From: Haloferula sp.
GTDB taxonomy: Bacteria; Verrucomicrobiota; Verrucomicrobiia; Verrucomicrobiales; Akkermansiaceae
Assembly (NCBI RefSeq): GCF_049672945.1
Contig: NZ_JBATWY010000099.1
Coordinates: 4,401 to 36,400, forward strand
Reading direction: 5' to 3'
Length of the DNA: 32,000 nt
Shown: piece after piece, positions 16,498 through 26,300 of the stretch
Numbering within the stretch: position 1 is the stretch's first letter
Layout of the letters: each line of letters opens with the position of its first letter
Made by a program: the position numbers and the translations under genes
The notes under the pieces: generated by a model
What the model was told of the DNA's origin: nothing
Seen by the model: the letters and a program-made list of their open reading frames with translations, nothing else
Databases searched by the model: none

Positions 16498-17232
16498 CGG
16501 CAACACCCCGACACCGGCACCTCCCGCGACCAGCCCGAGCATTTCCTGAAGTCCATCCGCCTTCATCCGGACCTTGGCCACAAAGCCAGCACGTCCACAA
16601 AGATCGGCAAGCATTGCCGGTCGACCAGGAAAGTGATTCTCGTGCAGACTGACAAAGGGCTCCTCCGCCAGTTCGGCCAGATCCACCGACTTCCTCAGAG
16701 ACAACAAGTGGTCGTCCGGCAGCACCACCGCCATCGGTGTCTTCTTGATCGCAGCCACCTGAAACTCATTCGCCAGTTGCGGGCATGGCGTGCCTAACAG
16801 AGCGAGATCAATCTCATCCTCCCGCAAGGCTTTCTCCTGCTCATGAGGCGACATGCTGCGGATCACAATGCACGCATCATCATGCTGCTGGTTGAAGGTC
16901 CGCATCGCACTTGCCAGAAAACCCGGCAAAGCCGTCTCGATAAAACCCACCCGGATCGTCCTTCTCAGCGGCTTGCTGAAGACCTCCGCGGCCAACTTGA
17001 GATCCCCCGCCCGACGCAGCAAATCCTGCGCGTGCGGCAACACGCCCGTCCCCGCCTCCGTCAGCGACAACCCACTCGCATCACGCTCGAAGAGCGGCAC
17101 CCCGAGTTCATCCTCAAGGTCTCGAATTTGCCGCGAGACCGCCGGTTGCGAAATATTCAACCTCGCCGCCGCACGACTGATACTCCGCTCAGCGGCCGCC
17201 ATCACGAAATAGCGCAAATGCCTCAGCTCCAT
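16330..17232 (-). CDS. LysR-family transcriptional regulator
   Basis: The ATG at 17232 gives MELRHLRYFVMAAAERSISRAAARLNISQPAVSRQIRDLEDELGVPLFER, the canonical LysR HTH, followed by a substrate-binding domain. It is divergent from the pirin gene. Confidence 0.9.
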   Translation of the reverse strand: MELRHLRYFVMAAAERSISRAAARLNISQPAVSRQIRDLEDELGVPLFERDASGLSLTEAGTGVLPHAQDLLRRAGDLKLAAEVFSKPLRRTIRVGFIETALPGFLASAMRTFNQQHDDACIVIRSMSPHEQEKALREDEIDLALLGTPCPQLANEFQVAAIKKTPMAVVLPDDHLLSLRKSVDLAELAEEPFVSLHENHFPGRPAMLADLCGRAGFVAKVRMKADGLQEMLGLVAGGAGVGVLPHDVSLLPHSGVVFVKMSKPKLTLVSSAVWKRESETEGLLELVRLMTAAASGKSGG

Positions 17233-17237
17233 GGGGT

Positions 17238-17252
17238 ATAACTCATAGGCAT
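17238..17252. promoter_or_regulatory. weak candidate LysR box (T-N11-A, partial dyad) in the lysR/pirin divergent spacer
   Basis: ATAACTCATAGGCAT has the partial dyad AT..CT...AG..AT and lies about 70 nt upstream of the pirin ATG. This is a motif-level guess only. Confidence 0.2.
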
Positions 17253-17318
17253 GGGAGACCAAAAGACAAGGTATTCGCCGCAGTCCCCAGCCTGAGTCAT
17301 CCTTGCGACGTGAAACAA

Positions 17319-18035
17319 ATGACCACACCACCATTCAAAGTCCGCCGCGCCAAGGATCGCGGCAACGCCAACCACGGCTGGCTCAACGCCCGCTTCACCT
17401 TTTCCTTCTCGAGCTACTTCGATCCCGACCACATGGGCTTCCGGAGTCTGCGCGTCATGAACAACGACACCATCGCTCCCGGCGGCGGCTTCCCCACCCA
17501 TGACCACAGCGACATGGAAATCTTCACCTACATCGTCAAAGGCGAGCTCGCCCACAAGGACAGCATGGGCAACGGATCAACCATCAAGGCCGGTGACCTG
17601 CAATACATGAGCGCCGGATCCGGCGTCAGTCATAGCGAGTTCAATCCCTCCTCGGAGAACTCCGCCGAACTCTATCAGATCTGGCTTCACCCCAAGGACC
17701 GCGGCGGGGCACCCCGCTACTCGGAGAAACCTCTCGGAGACTCCGCGAAAAACAACACCCTCACCCTGCTGTTCTCCGGCGATGGCCGCGACGCATCCAC
17801 TGAAATCCGGCAGGACGCCGAGATCTACTTTGGCAAGCTCGACGCGGGCAGCTCGGCTCAGATCCCCGCCTCCGATCAAACCCCGAACGTCTGGCTCCAA
17901 GTCATCGCAGGGGAGCTGAGCCTGCTCGACCAAACCCTGAGCACCGGTGACGGCATCGCCATCGAAGATGCTCCCCACGCCCTCGACATTCTGGCAGCTG
18001 CCGACAGCCGTTTCCTCGTCTTCCGCCTCAACTGA
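17319..18035 (+). CDS. pirin-family protein (YhhW-like bicupin, quercetin 2,3-dioxygenase-like)
   Basis: RRAKDRGNANHGWLNARFTFSFSSYFDPDHMGFRSLRVMNNDTIAPGGGFPTHDHSDMEIFTYIVKGELAHKDSMGN is the pirin N-terminal cupin with its metal-binding His residues. I prefer the ATG at 17319 to the GTG at 17310. Confidence 0.9.
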   Translation: MTTPPFKVRRAKDRGNANHGWLNARFTFSFSSYFDPDHMGFRSLRVMNNDTIAPGGGFPTHDHSDMEIFTYIVKGELAHKDSMGNGSTIKAGDLQYMSAGSGVSHSEFNPSSENSAELYQIWLHPKDRGGAPRYSEKPLGDSAKNNTLTLLFSGDGRDASTEIRQDAEIYFGKLDAGSSAQIPASDQTPNVWLQVIAGELSLLDQTLSTGDGIAIEDAPHALDILAAADSRFLVFRLN

Positions 18036-18209
18036 ACCTCACCCAAATGCTCTTATTCAAAACTCGTCCTTCGTCCCTCCTGCTCGTTCTCGAATCGATG
18101 GGCTCGTCAGCTTCTTTTCGACGACAAGGAACGACGACGAGCACGATCAGAGAAACACGGATCCCAATAGTTTAACCACGCACCATTGAACTCCCAACCT
18201 TACATCATC

Positions 18210-18599
18210 ATGAAAGACAAAGCTCCCATCATCGCCGGCGGCCTGCTCGGCCTTACATTCATCGCCTTTGGCCTGAACCATTTCATCAACTTCCTTCCGG
18301 CACCTCCCAGTCCGCCGGAAGGATCACCTCCCGCCATGTTTTTCGGCGCGCTCTTTGCCAGCGGATATCTGACCTTCATCAAGGCCGCCGAGATCATCGG
18401 CGGACTCCTGGTCGCGATCCCAAAAACGCGGAACTTCGGCCTGCTGGTCCTCGGCCCGGTGGTCGTCAACATCCTCGCCTTCCAGATCTTCATGACCGGT
18501 GGCGCTGGGCTCTTGCAGCCACCCGTTCTCTTGGTCAGCGTGCTCGCAGCCTTCCTGCTGTGGTCGGCCCGCACCAAATTCCTCGCTCTTCTCAACTGA
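18210..18599 (+). CDS. DoxX-like small integral membrane protein
   Basis: It has four hydrophobic segments. GLNHFINFLPAPP..GALFASGYLTFIKAAEIIGGLLVAIPKTRNFGLLVLGPVVVNILAFQIF resembles the DoxX family. I prefer the ATG at 18210 to the TTG at 18186. Confidence 0.7.
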   Translation: MKDKAPIIAGGLLGLTFIAFGLNHFINFLPAPPSPPEGSPPAMFFGALFASGYLTFIKAAEIIGGLLVAIPKTRNFGLLVLGPVVVNILAFQIFMTGGAGLLQPPVLLVSVLAAFLLWSARTKFLALLN

Positions 18600-18617
18600 T
18601 CCCAACCAAACGTCATC

Positions 18618-19142
18618 ATGAAAGTCCTCGCATTCGGTGGTTCCACCAGCTCCACCTCCATCAATCGCCAGCTCGCCAACCACGCCGCCAGCCTCATTCC
18701 CGACGCCGAAGTCACCGATCTCGACCTGAGAAGCTACTCGCTCCCGATCTACAGCTCCGACGAGGAGGAAGCCAATGGCGTCCCGAAAGATGCCCATGCC
18801 TTTCTCGAAACCATCAGAGCGCATGACGCCATCGTCGTCTCACTCGCCGAGCACAACGGCTCCTATTCCGCCGCCTTCAAAAACCTCTACGACTGGACCT
18901 CTCGTATCGAGACCAAGCTCTGGTCGGAGAAGCCCATGCTTCTAATGGCCAGCTCCCCGGGAGGACGCGGTGGCGCCACCGTCCTCGAAACGGCCAAAGC
19001 CACCTTCCCCCGCATGGGGGCGGACCTCAAAGCCACCTTCAGCCTGCCATCGTTCTACGACAATTTCTCGAGCGAAAGCGGCGTGAGCGATCCCGCCCTC
19101 GCTGCCGAATTATCGGTGGCCGTCGCAAAAATGTCTCACTGA
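18618..19142 (+). CDS. NAD(P)H-dependent FMN reductase / flavodoxin-like quinone reductase
   Basis: MKVLAFGGSTSSTSINRQLA.., then ..IVVSLAEHNGSYSAAFKNLYDW.. and ..SSPGGRGG.. is the typical NADPH-dependent FMN reductase pattern. Confidence 0.88.
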   Translation: MKVLAFGGSTSSTSINRQLANHAASLIPDAEVTDLDLRSYSLPIYSSDEEEANGVPKDAHAFLETIRAHDAIVVSLAEHNGSYSAAFKNLYDWTSRIETKLWSEKPMLLMASSPGGRGGATVLETAKATFPRMGADLKATFSLPSFYDNFSSESGVSDPALAAELSVAVAKMSH

Positions 19143-19154
19143 TTGATTCGAAAC

Positions 19155-19493
19155 TCACAAGGGAGGCTCGAGCTTGGGAAACTTGACCTTCTCTGAGTTG
19201 ATCGAAGCCAGCTGAATCGGAAACAGATGGATGCCGGAAGGATTCCTCTTCCCAGCCTTGACGACTGGATGCTCCGACGCAGCGACGTAACGCCTGGTCT
19301 TGTCATCCAGAAGCAGGATAAGCTTGTCGGACTGCCGGTAGTATCCGACCAGTGGAGGAACCTCCGAGTCTTTGCCGCCGCCCTTGATTCGAAATGGAGT
19401 GCAAGCCTCCCCATCAACCAGGGTTTGTGGATCGAACTCCGTCTCACAACGGTATTCTTTACTCGGACTCGCTCGCGAGAAACTCACCGCCAT
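19155..19493 (-). CDS. hypothetical protein, possibly a 5'-truncated gene remnant
   Basis: Residues from ..EYRCETEFDPQTLVDGEACTPFRIKGGGKDSEVPPLVGYYRQSDKLILLLDDKTRRYVAASEHPVVKAG.. look protein-like and sit in a lower-GC patch of about 50%. The only ATG (19493) lies inside the antisense of the ABC ATPase fragment, so the N-terminus is doubtful. Confidence 0.35.
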   Translation of the reverse strand: MAVSFSRASPSKEYRCETEFDPQTLVDGEACTPFRIKGGGKDSEVPPLVGYYRQSDKLILLLDDKTRRYVAASEHPVVKAGKRNPSGIHLFPIQLASINSEKVKFPKLEPPL

Positions 19494-19791
19494 GATCGTC
19501 ACCCACGATGTCGATGAAGCCGTCTTCATGGCCGACCGCTGCGTCATGATGTCGAATGGTCCCAAGGCCGGCGTCGGCGAGATCATGGAGATCGATTTCC
19601 CCCGCCCCCACGACCGCAAGGAAGTCTTCAACGATCCCGCCTTTTTCCAATACCGCGAACACCTCCTCGCCTTCCTCGAACAGCGCGCCCACCTCAATGG
19701 CGAGAACCGCATTCACAAGCGCAGCAATCTCATGGGATTCTGCGGCGGGGAGAAAACCAAAGCACCCGCCGCCTCCACCTCGGCCGCCTGA
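19459..19791 (+). pseudogene. 5'-truncated ABC transporter ATPase, NrtD/CmpD/CynD (nitrate/cyanate/bicarbonate, NitT/TauT) type
   Basis: LLGLAREKLTAMIVTHDVDEAVFMADRCVMMSNGPKAGVGEIMEIDFPRPHDRKEVFNDPAFFQYREHLLAFLEQRA covers the H-loop and C-terminal region of this ATPase subfamily. Walker A, the Q-loop, the LSGGQ signature and Walker B (about 150 or more residues) are absent upstream. Confidence 0.75.
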
Positions 19792-19876
19792 GGATCCCCG
19801 ATCACCCGATTTCAAAATAATCAGCGCCCGAATCCGCGGCACTGTCTCACTTTTCGTGCCTTGCCATCTCGCTCCA

Positions 19877-19888
19877 GCCAAGCTTGGC
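19877..19888. promoter_or_regulatory. perfect 12-bp palindrome upstream of the ATP-grasp operon (candidate operator)
   Basis: GCCAAGCTTGGC lies about 53 nt upstream of the ATG at 19941, in the 149-bp leader of the six-gene operon. A regulatory function is inferred only. Confidence 0.25.
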
Positions 19889-19940
19889 CCGCTCTGTGCT
19901 TGGACTCCTCCGAGCTCCCTTTGCAAAACCTAGATCCTGC

Positions 19941-21371
19941 ATGTTTGAAGGCTATACGACCGACGGATTCCACGACGAAATGTTCCTCCCAGACGGCTCC
20001 CCCCGCAAATACTGCGAAGGGCTTCTCGAACGTTTCCAGCACATCCCCGCCGAAGACTTCGATACCCGCCGAGCAGCCTGCGACAGCCATTTTCTGAGAC
20101 AAGGAGTCACCTTCAACGTCTACCACGACAACCAGGGCACCGAGCGCATTTTTCCCTTCGACCCGATGCCGCGGGTCATCCCTGCCGCGGAATGGGATCA
20201 CATCGAGACCGGCCTGACCCAGCGGATCACGGCGCTCAACCTCTTCCTCCACGATGTCTATCATGATCAACAGATCATCAAGGAAGGTGTCGTCCCCGCC
20301 CACCTGGTGGAAAACGCCGCCCACTACCGACCCGAGTTCCGAGGTATCGATGTCCCCGGTGATATCTACGTGCATATTTGCGGCACCGACCTCGTCCGCG
20401 GTGACGACGGCGAATACTACGTGCTCGAGGACAATGGACGCTGCCCTTCAGGTGCCTCCTACTTGTTGGAAAACCGCAACGCCCTGAAGCGCGCCTTCCC
20501 CGCCATCTTCGAGTCATCCGGCGTCCGCCCGGTCCAGTCCTATCCGACGGACCTGCTGGACATGCTTCACTACATCTCTCCGGGACGCGACATCGATCCG
20601 GTCTGCGTGCTTCTCACCCCGGGCGTCTTCAACAGCGCCTACTTCGAGCACTCCTACCTTGCCCGCCAGATGGGCATACCGATCGTCGAAGGACGGGACC
20701 TCGTTGTTAGAAACAGCTTTGTTTACATGCGGACGACCGAAGGTCTGGTCCGAGTCGACGTCATCTACCGCCGCATCGACGACGACTTCATCGACCCGCT
20801 CGTCTTCCGCAAGGACTCGGTCCTTGGCGTCCCCGGACTGATGGAGGCCTACCGTGCCGGTAATGTCGGACTCGCCAACGCCGTCGGAACCGGCGTCGCA
20901 GACGACAAGGCAATTTACCACTTCGTGCCCAAGATGATCGAGTTCTACCTCGGTCAGGAAGCCATCCTTCCCAACGTGCCCACTTATCTGGCCGTCGACG
21001 AAAAGGATCGGGAATACATCCTCGATCACCTTCCCGAATTGGTCGTCAAATCGACCAATGAATCGGGCGGCTACGGCATGCTGATGGGACCTTCCGCCAG
21101 CAAGGAGGAAGTCGAAGCCTTCAGAAAAAAGATCATCGAGGACCCCGGCAACTTCATCGCACAACCGGTGCTCGCCATTTCCCGCTGCCCGACCTGGACC
21201 GAAGAGGGCATGCAGGGCCGCCACGTCGATTTACGGCCTTACATCATTTACGGGCGCGAGATCAAGATCGTCCCGGGCGGCCTGACGCGCGTCGCACTGA
21301 AGAAAGGTTCGCTCGTCGTCAACTCATCCCAAGGAGGCGGCAGCAAGGACACCTGGGTTCTCAGTCATTGA
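19941..21371 (+). CDS. circularly permuted type-2 ATP-grasp protein (COG2308; former DUF404/DUF407)
   Basis: The ATG at 19941 gives MFEGYTTDGFHDEMFLPDGSPRKYCEGLLERF... Blocks such as RIFPFDPMPRVIPAAEWDHIETGLTQRITALNLFLHDVY, LVRGDDGEYYVLEDNGRCPSGASY, NAVGTGVADDKAIY, VVKSTNESGGYGM and LRPYIIYG match the family as I remember it. Confidence 0.92.
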   Translation: MFEGYTTDGFHDEMFLPDGSPRKYCEGLLERFQHIPAEDFDTRRAACDSHFLRQGVTFNVYHDNQGTERIFPFDPMPRVIPAAEWDHIETGLTQRITALNLFLHDVYHDQQIIKEGVVPAHLVENAAHYRPEFRGIDVPGDIYVHICGTDLVRGDDGEYYVLEDNGRCPSGASYLLENRNALKRAFPAIFESSGVRPVQSYPTDLLDMLHYISPGRDIDPVCVLLTPGVFNSAYFEHSYLARQMGIPIVEGRDLVVRNSFVYMRTTEGLVRVDVIYRRIDDDFIDPLVFRKDSVLGVPGLMEAYRAGNVGLANAVGTGVADDKAIYHFVPKMIEFYLGQEAILPNVPTYLAVDEKDREYILDHLPELVVKSTNESGGYGMLMGPSASKEEVEAFRKKIIEDPGNFIAQPVLAISRCPTWTEEGMQGRHVDLRPYIIYGREIKIVPGGLTRVALKKGSLVVNSSQGGGSKDTWVLSH

Positions 21372-21374
21372 ATC

Positions 21375-22415
21375 ATGCTATCCCGAGTCGCAAACGCCCT
21401 CTACTGGATGGTCCGCAACGTTGAGCGGGCCGACAACCTCGCGCGCATGCTCGAGGTCAACGAGCAACTCCTTCTTGATGTCGATCACATCGACCTCCCC
21501 CGCTTCGAGGCCTTCTGGCGGCCCATCGTGCAAAGCACCGGAGATGACACCCTCTTCGAAGAACTCTATCCCAAAGGCAGGAGTGCCGAGATCATCGAGT
21601 TCCTCTGCATCGACAAGGCGAACCCAAACAGTATCCGATCCTGCATCGGCCAGGCACGGGAAAACGCCCGTACTGTTAGAGACCAACTCTCCGAAGCGAT
21701 CTGGGAGGAACTCAACGGCCTCTTTCTCTTCCTCAACTCACCGGATGCGGATGCCTTGCTGAGCGCCAACCCGCAGCACTTCCACGAGACCATCCGCAAG
21801 TCGGCCAATGTCTTCAACGGCATCATCTCGTCCAACCTCAGCCGCGACAATGCCTGGGACTTCATGGAACTCGGGCGAAACATGGAACGTGCGGACAAGA
21901 TCACCCGCATCCTCGACTTCACGACCTTTCTGCCGAAAGAGGGCGCGGAAGCTTCTTTGATCGATCACCACTGGAACGCCACGCTGCGCGCCTGCGGTGC
22001 ACGCAGTTCGTTCCAGATCCGCTTCCGCAATCACCCAACACCGCAGAACATCATCGACTTCCTGATCTTTGATCGGAATTTCCCGCGCTCGGTTCGCTTC
22101 TGCATCGACTCCGCCGATGCCGCTCTGCACCGAATCTCAGGCAGCCAACGCGGATCGTTCTCCAACGAAGCCGAGCGGGCTTCAGGGCGCCTGCTCGCCT
22201 CGCTGGCCTACGGTTCCGTCGATGAGGTGTTGGAAACCGGACTCCATGATTATCTCGACGGCCTTCAGACCCAGTTCAATCGAATTGGTGATGAGATCTT
22301 CAGGGAATATGTCCTCTTGCCGGACTCTGATGAAAGCGTTCCACCCATCCCGGGAGAATCCATCTCCGCCGTGGTTGCCTGGCAGATCCAGCAGCAGCAA
22401 CAACAGCAGCAGTAG
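21375..22415 (+). CDS. alpha-E domain protein (COG2307; former DUF403) with C-terminal Gln8 tail
   Basis: It starts 3 nt after the ATP-grasp stop. MLSRVANALYWMVRNVERADNLARMLEV is the canonical alpha-E N-terminus. NAWDFMELGRNMERADKITRILD is the second conserved helix. It ends ..AWQIQQQQQQQQ*. Confidence 0.92.
   Translation: MLSRVANALYWMVRNVERADNLARMLEVNEQLLLDVDHIDLPRFEAFWRPIVQSTGDDTLFEELYPKGRSAEIIEFLCIDKANPNSIRSCIGQARENARTVRDQLSEAIWEELNGLFLFLNSPDADALLSANPQHFHETIRKSANVFNGIISSNLSRDNAWDFMELGRNMERADKITRILDFTTFLPKEGAEASLIDHHWNATLRACGARSSFQIRFRNHPTPQNIIDFLIFDRNFPRSVRFCIDSADAALHRISGSQRGSFSNEAERASGRLLASLAYGSVDEVLETGLHDYLDGLQTQFNRIGDEIFREYVLLPDSDESVPPIPGESISAVVAWQIQQQQQQQQ
22389..22412 (+). repeat. 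(CAG)3(CAA)2(CAG)3 trinucleotide tract encoding the terminal Gln8 of the alpha-E protein
   Basis: Read directly as cag cag cag caa caa cag cag cag tag. Confidence 0.95.
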
Positions 22416-22442
22416 CCTCCACATCCAAGAGGCCCAAGCGCA

Positions 22443-23297
22443 TTGAAGTCCAATCCACGATATCAAGTTCGGCATCGAACTTCGTTCCACTATGCCGCTC
22501 CGGTCAGTGACAGCGTCAATACGCTCCACCTGCACCCAACGACATTCCCCCTTCAGAAGACGATCTCTTGCTTCGTCCGGATAATCCCCGCCACTCGTCT
22601 TAGGTCCTTCCACGACCTCTTTGAAAACATCACCCATCACTTCGAGGTCCCTTCACTTCATCAGCGTCTCGAGGTCGAGAGCCTCCTCAAGGTCGAGAAC
22701 CTTCCCCTGACCCTGACCGACAAGGACAAGGCCGCCACGCTGGATGTCTACAGCGACGCCAAGATCACCGAAGCCATCTGGCCCTTCCTCCAACCCACCA
22801 CCTACGTCGCCTCGGATACCGAGATCTGGAGACAGGCCGTGGACCTGACCATAAAGAACGAGACGGTTCTCGAAAAAGCCCAGAGCATCATGAGCTGGCT
22901 CCATACGAATCTGATCTACGACCAAACTTCGACCAAGGTCAGCTCACGCATCGACGAAGTTTTCGCCCAGCGCTCCGGCGTTTGTCAGGATTTCACCCAT
23001 CTCATGCTGGGATTGTGTCGCTCGATCGGCATTCCGGCCCGCTACGCCTCCGGATACCTCTACAATGGCCCCTCGGACACCCTCGTCGGCTCCCAGGCCT
23101 CCCACGCGTGGGTCGAAATCCACCTTCCCGAGAGCGGGTGGATCGGGCTCGATCCGACCAACAATACCTTTGCGGATGAACGGTTCATAAAGATTGCCGT
23201 GGGCCGGGATTATGACGATGTCGCCCCGATCAAAGGTCAGTATTCCGGAACCGCCAGCTGTCGAATGGAGGTTGACGTTGCCGTCACTCATCTCTAG
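22443..23297 (+). CDS. transglutaminase-like cysteine peptidase family protein (Bact_transglu_N + transglutaminase core; COG1305)
   Basis: TTG start with no in-frame ATG nearby. The N-terminus YQVRHRTSFHYAAPVSDSVNTLHLHP is Bact_transglu_N-like. The catalytic triad contexts are GVCQDFTHL (Cys), SHAWVEIHL (His) and GLDPTN (Asp). Confidence 0.9.
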   Translation: MKSNPRYQVRHRTSFHYAAPVSDSVNTLHLHPTTFPLQKTISCFVRIIPATRLRSFHDLFENITHHFEVPSLHQRLEVESLLKVENLPLTLTDKDKAATLDVYSDAKITEAIWPFLQPTTYVASDTEIWRQAVDLTIKNETVLEKAQSIMSWLHTNLIYDQTSTKVSSRIDEVFAQRSGVCQDFTHLMLGLCRSIGIPARYASGYLYNGPSDTLVGSQASHAWVEIHLPESGWIGLDPTNNTFADERFIKIAVGRDYDDVAPIKGQYSGTASCRMEVDVAVTHL

Positions 23298-23368
23298 CGC
23301 GTCCCTGTAAACATCCTCGCCGCTTTGGCCCAGCCTGAGCTAAACGTATCCCACTCCTTCTGCCGGTC

Positions 23369-26300
23369 ATGTCGATCCACTGCTCGCTTCACCACCTCAC
23401 CGCCTACAAGTATTCCAAGCCCGTCCAGCTTGGCCCTCAGGTCATCCGCCTTCGCCCCGCCACCCATTCGCGCACGGAAGTTCCCTCCTACTCGCTGAAG
23501 ATCACGCCGGAGAAGCACTTCATCAACTGGCAGCAGGACCCCCAAGGCAACTTCCTCGCTCGCGTCGTCTTCCCGGAAGCCGTCCGCGAATTCTCGATCG
23601 AGGTCGACCTCATCGCCAACTTGGCAACCATCAACCCCTTCGACTTCTTCCTCGATGAATACGCCCAGCATTTCCCTTTCGATTATAGCGAAGAACTGAC
23701 CACCGACCTCGAACCCTATCTCGTCAAGGAAGTCCGCGGTCCGAAAATGAGGGAGTTCCTCACCAAGGTCCCGATCACCCACGGCATGGAAGCCAACGCC
23801 TTCATGGTCGCAGTCAACAACTACGTCCATCAGGCCGTCGGCTACACCATCCGCATGGAACCGGGTGTTCAAAGCACCGAGGAGACCCTCACCAAACGCA
23901 CCGGATCCTGTCGCGACTCGGCCTGGCTGCTGGTCCAGGTCATGCGCCGGCTCGGCATCGCCGCGCGCTTCTGCTCCGGCTATTTGATCCAACTGAAGGC
24001 CGACCAGAAACCCGTCGACGGCGGCGCGGAAGGTCCCTCCGAAGACTTCACCGACCTCCACGCTTGGACGGAAATCTTCCTCCCCGGCGCAGGCTGGGTC
24101 GGACTCGATCCCACTTCCGGCCTTCTCACGGGTGAAGGCCACATCCCCCTCTGCGCCGCCGCCCACTACCGCAATGCCGCCCCGATCTCGGGCTCCCTTT
24201 CGATGTCCGACGACACCGAGACCGATTTCGAATTCGACATGAAGGTCGAACGCATCCGCGAAACGCCGCGTGTCACCCTCCCCTACACCCCGGAGCAGAC
24301 CGCTGAGATCGAGAAGCTGGGACAGGCCATCGACAAGAAGCTCAAAAAGCAGGACATGCGCCTGACCATGGGCGGCGAACCGACTTTTGTCTCGGCCACC
24401 GACATGGAGGCCCCCGAGTGGAACACCGACGCGCTCGGGCCGACCAAGGAGCTCTACGCGGATCAACTCCTCCACCGACTCTACAAGAAATTCTCCCCCG
24501 GTGGATTCCTGCACCACGGTCAGGGCAAATGGTATCCTGGCGAACCGCTCCCCCGCTGGTCATTCACTTCTTATTGGCGGCACGACGGGACACCCGTGTG
24601 GAACGACCAATCCCTTTTCGCCGACCATCGCGTCGACTATGGATATGGTAGCAAGGAATCCGAAGCCTTCATCAAGCTGCTCGCCAAGAACCTCGACATC
24701 TCCCCTGATTTCATTCGTGCCGGCTACGAGGACATCTTCTACTACATGTGGAAGGAAAGGCGTCTGCCGATGAACGTCACCGTCGAGAATCCGAAGCTCG
24801 CCGACAAACTCGAACGGGAAACCATCAGCAAGGTCTTCGAACAGGGCCTCGGCTCACCCGTTGGCCACCTTCTTCCCATCGCCCGTGGCGTGAGTCCCGA
24901 GGAATGGATCACCGGACCCTGGTTCCTGCGCGGCGAGGAACTCTATCTTGCTCCCGGCAATCACCCGATGGGCTATCGCCTGCCGATGGACGGCCTCCCC
25001 TGGGCCGAGCGGATCGATCAGCCGATCCTCGAACCCTACGACCCCTCGATCCCCCGCGACCCCTTTCCAGCCGAAAGAATCCTGCCACCAGCCCTCCGTC
25101 AGCCAAACCCGGTCTCGGCCATGGCGACCACCATTCGCGGGCAGTATCAGGGCGATCCGCGCGGCGAAGACCCACGCCGCACCAGCTCCAAACAACGCCA
25201 GGACGCCCTCGCCGAACCTCAGGTCGGGAAATCCGCCTCCGGACAGGTCCGCACCGGCCTTTCGGTCGAGCCGCGCGACGGACGACTCCACGTCTTCATG
25301 CCACCACTGGTCAAGGCCGACGCCTATCTCGAACTCGTCGGTGCCTTGGAGGAAACCGCCAAGTCGCTTGGCACCCCGATCCGGATCGAGGGCTACAAGC
25401 CGCCCTCCGACCCACGGCTCAATTCCTTCTCGGTCACACCCGACCCCGGTGTCATCGAAGTCAACATCCACCCATCGAAGACCTGGAACGAAATCGTCTC
25501 GAAGAACAAGGTCATCTACGAGGAAGCTCGTAATATCGGACTCGGCACCGAGAAGTTCATGGAAGACGGCCGCCATTCCGGAACCGGCGGCGGAAACCAC
25601 ATCGTGGTCGGAGGCGACACCCCGCTCGATTCCCCCTTCCTGCGCCGGCCGCACCTGCTGCCCTCGCTGATCACCTACTTCAACAACCACCCGTCCCTCT
25701 CCTATCTCTTCTCGGGACTCTTCATCGGACCGACTTCACAGGCTCCCCGCCTCGATGAAGCCCGCCATGAAACGCTCTACGAACTGGAGACCGCCTTCTC
25801 GGCGCTGCCGAAGGGCGACACCACGCTCGACCACTCCCAGTGGCTCGTCGACCGCATCCTGCGCAACCACCTGGTCGACATGACCGGCAACACCCACCGT
25901 GCCGAGATCTGCCTCGACAAGCTCTACTCTCCGGACAGCACCACCGGCCGCCTCGGACTCCTCGAGATGCGGGGCTTTGAAATGCCACCCCATCCTGAAA
26001 TGGCGCTCGCCCAGCAGCTCCTGATCCGCGGACTGCTGTCGCGATTCTGGGACAACCCCTACACCGCCAAACCCGTCCGCTGGGGCACCTCGATTCACGA
26101 CAAGTGGATGCTGCCCCACTTCATCAAGGACGACATGGAGGACATCGTCACCGACCTGCGTGCCAACGATCTGCCCTTCGACGCCGCCTGGTTCGAACCC
26201 CATCACGAGTTCCGCTTCCCTCTGGTCGGCGAGTACGACCAACGCAACCTCCACCTCGAACTCCGCCAGGCGATCGAACCATGGCATGTGCTCGGTGAAG

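Noticed and set aside
16330-19142. LysR - pirin - DoxX-like - FMN reductase cluster as a possible novel system
   Set aside because: This is a common quinone and oxidative-stress-type arrangement, with a LysR regulator divergent from pirin/DoxX/flavin reductase genes. Apart from the duplicated lysR tail reported separately, the sequence shows nothing unusual.
23294-24517. 407-aa minus-strand ORF (and the similar 402-aa ORF at 25736..26944)
   Set aside because: Both are antisense to the 1130-aa transglutaminase/DUF2126 gene. They are Gly/Val/Asp/Arg-rich shadow frames typical of high-GC coding DNA.
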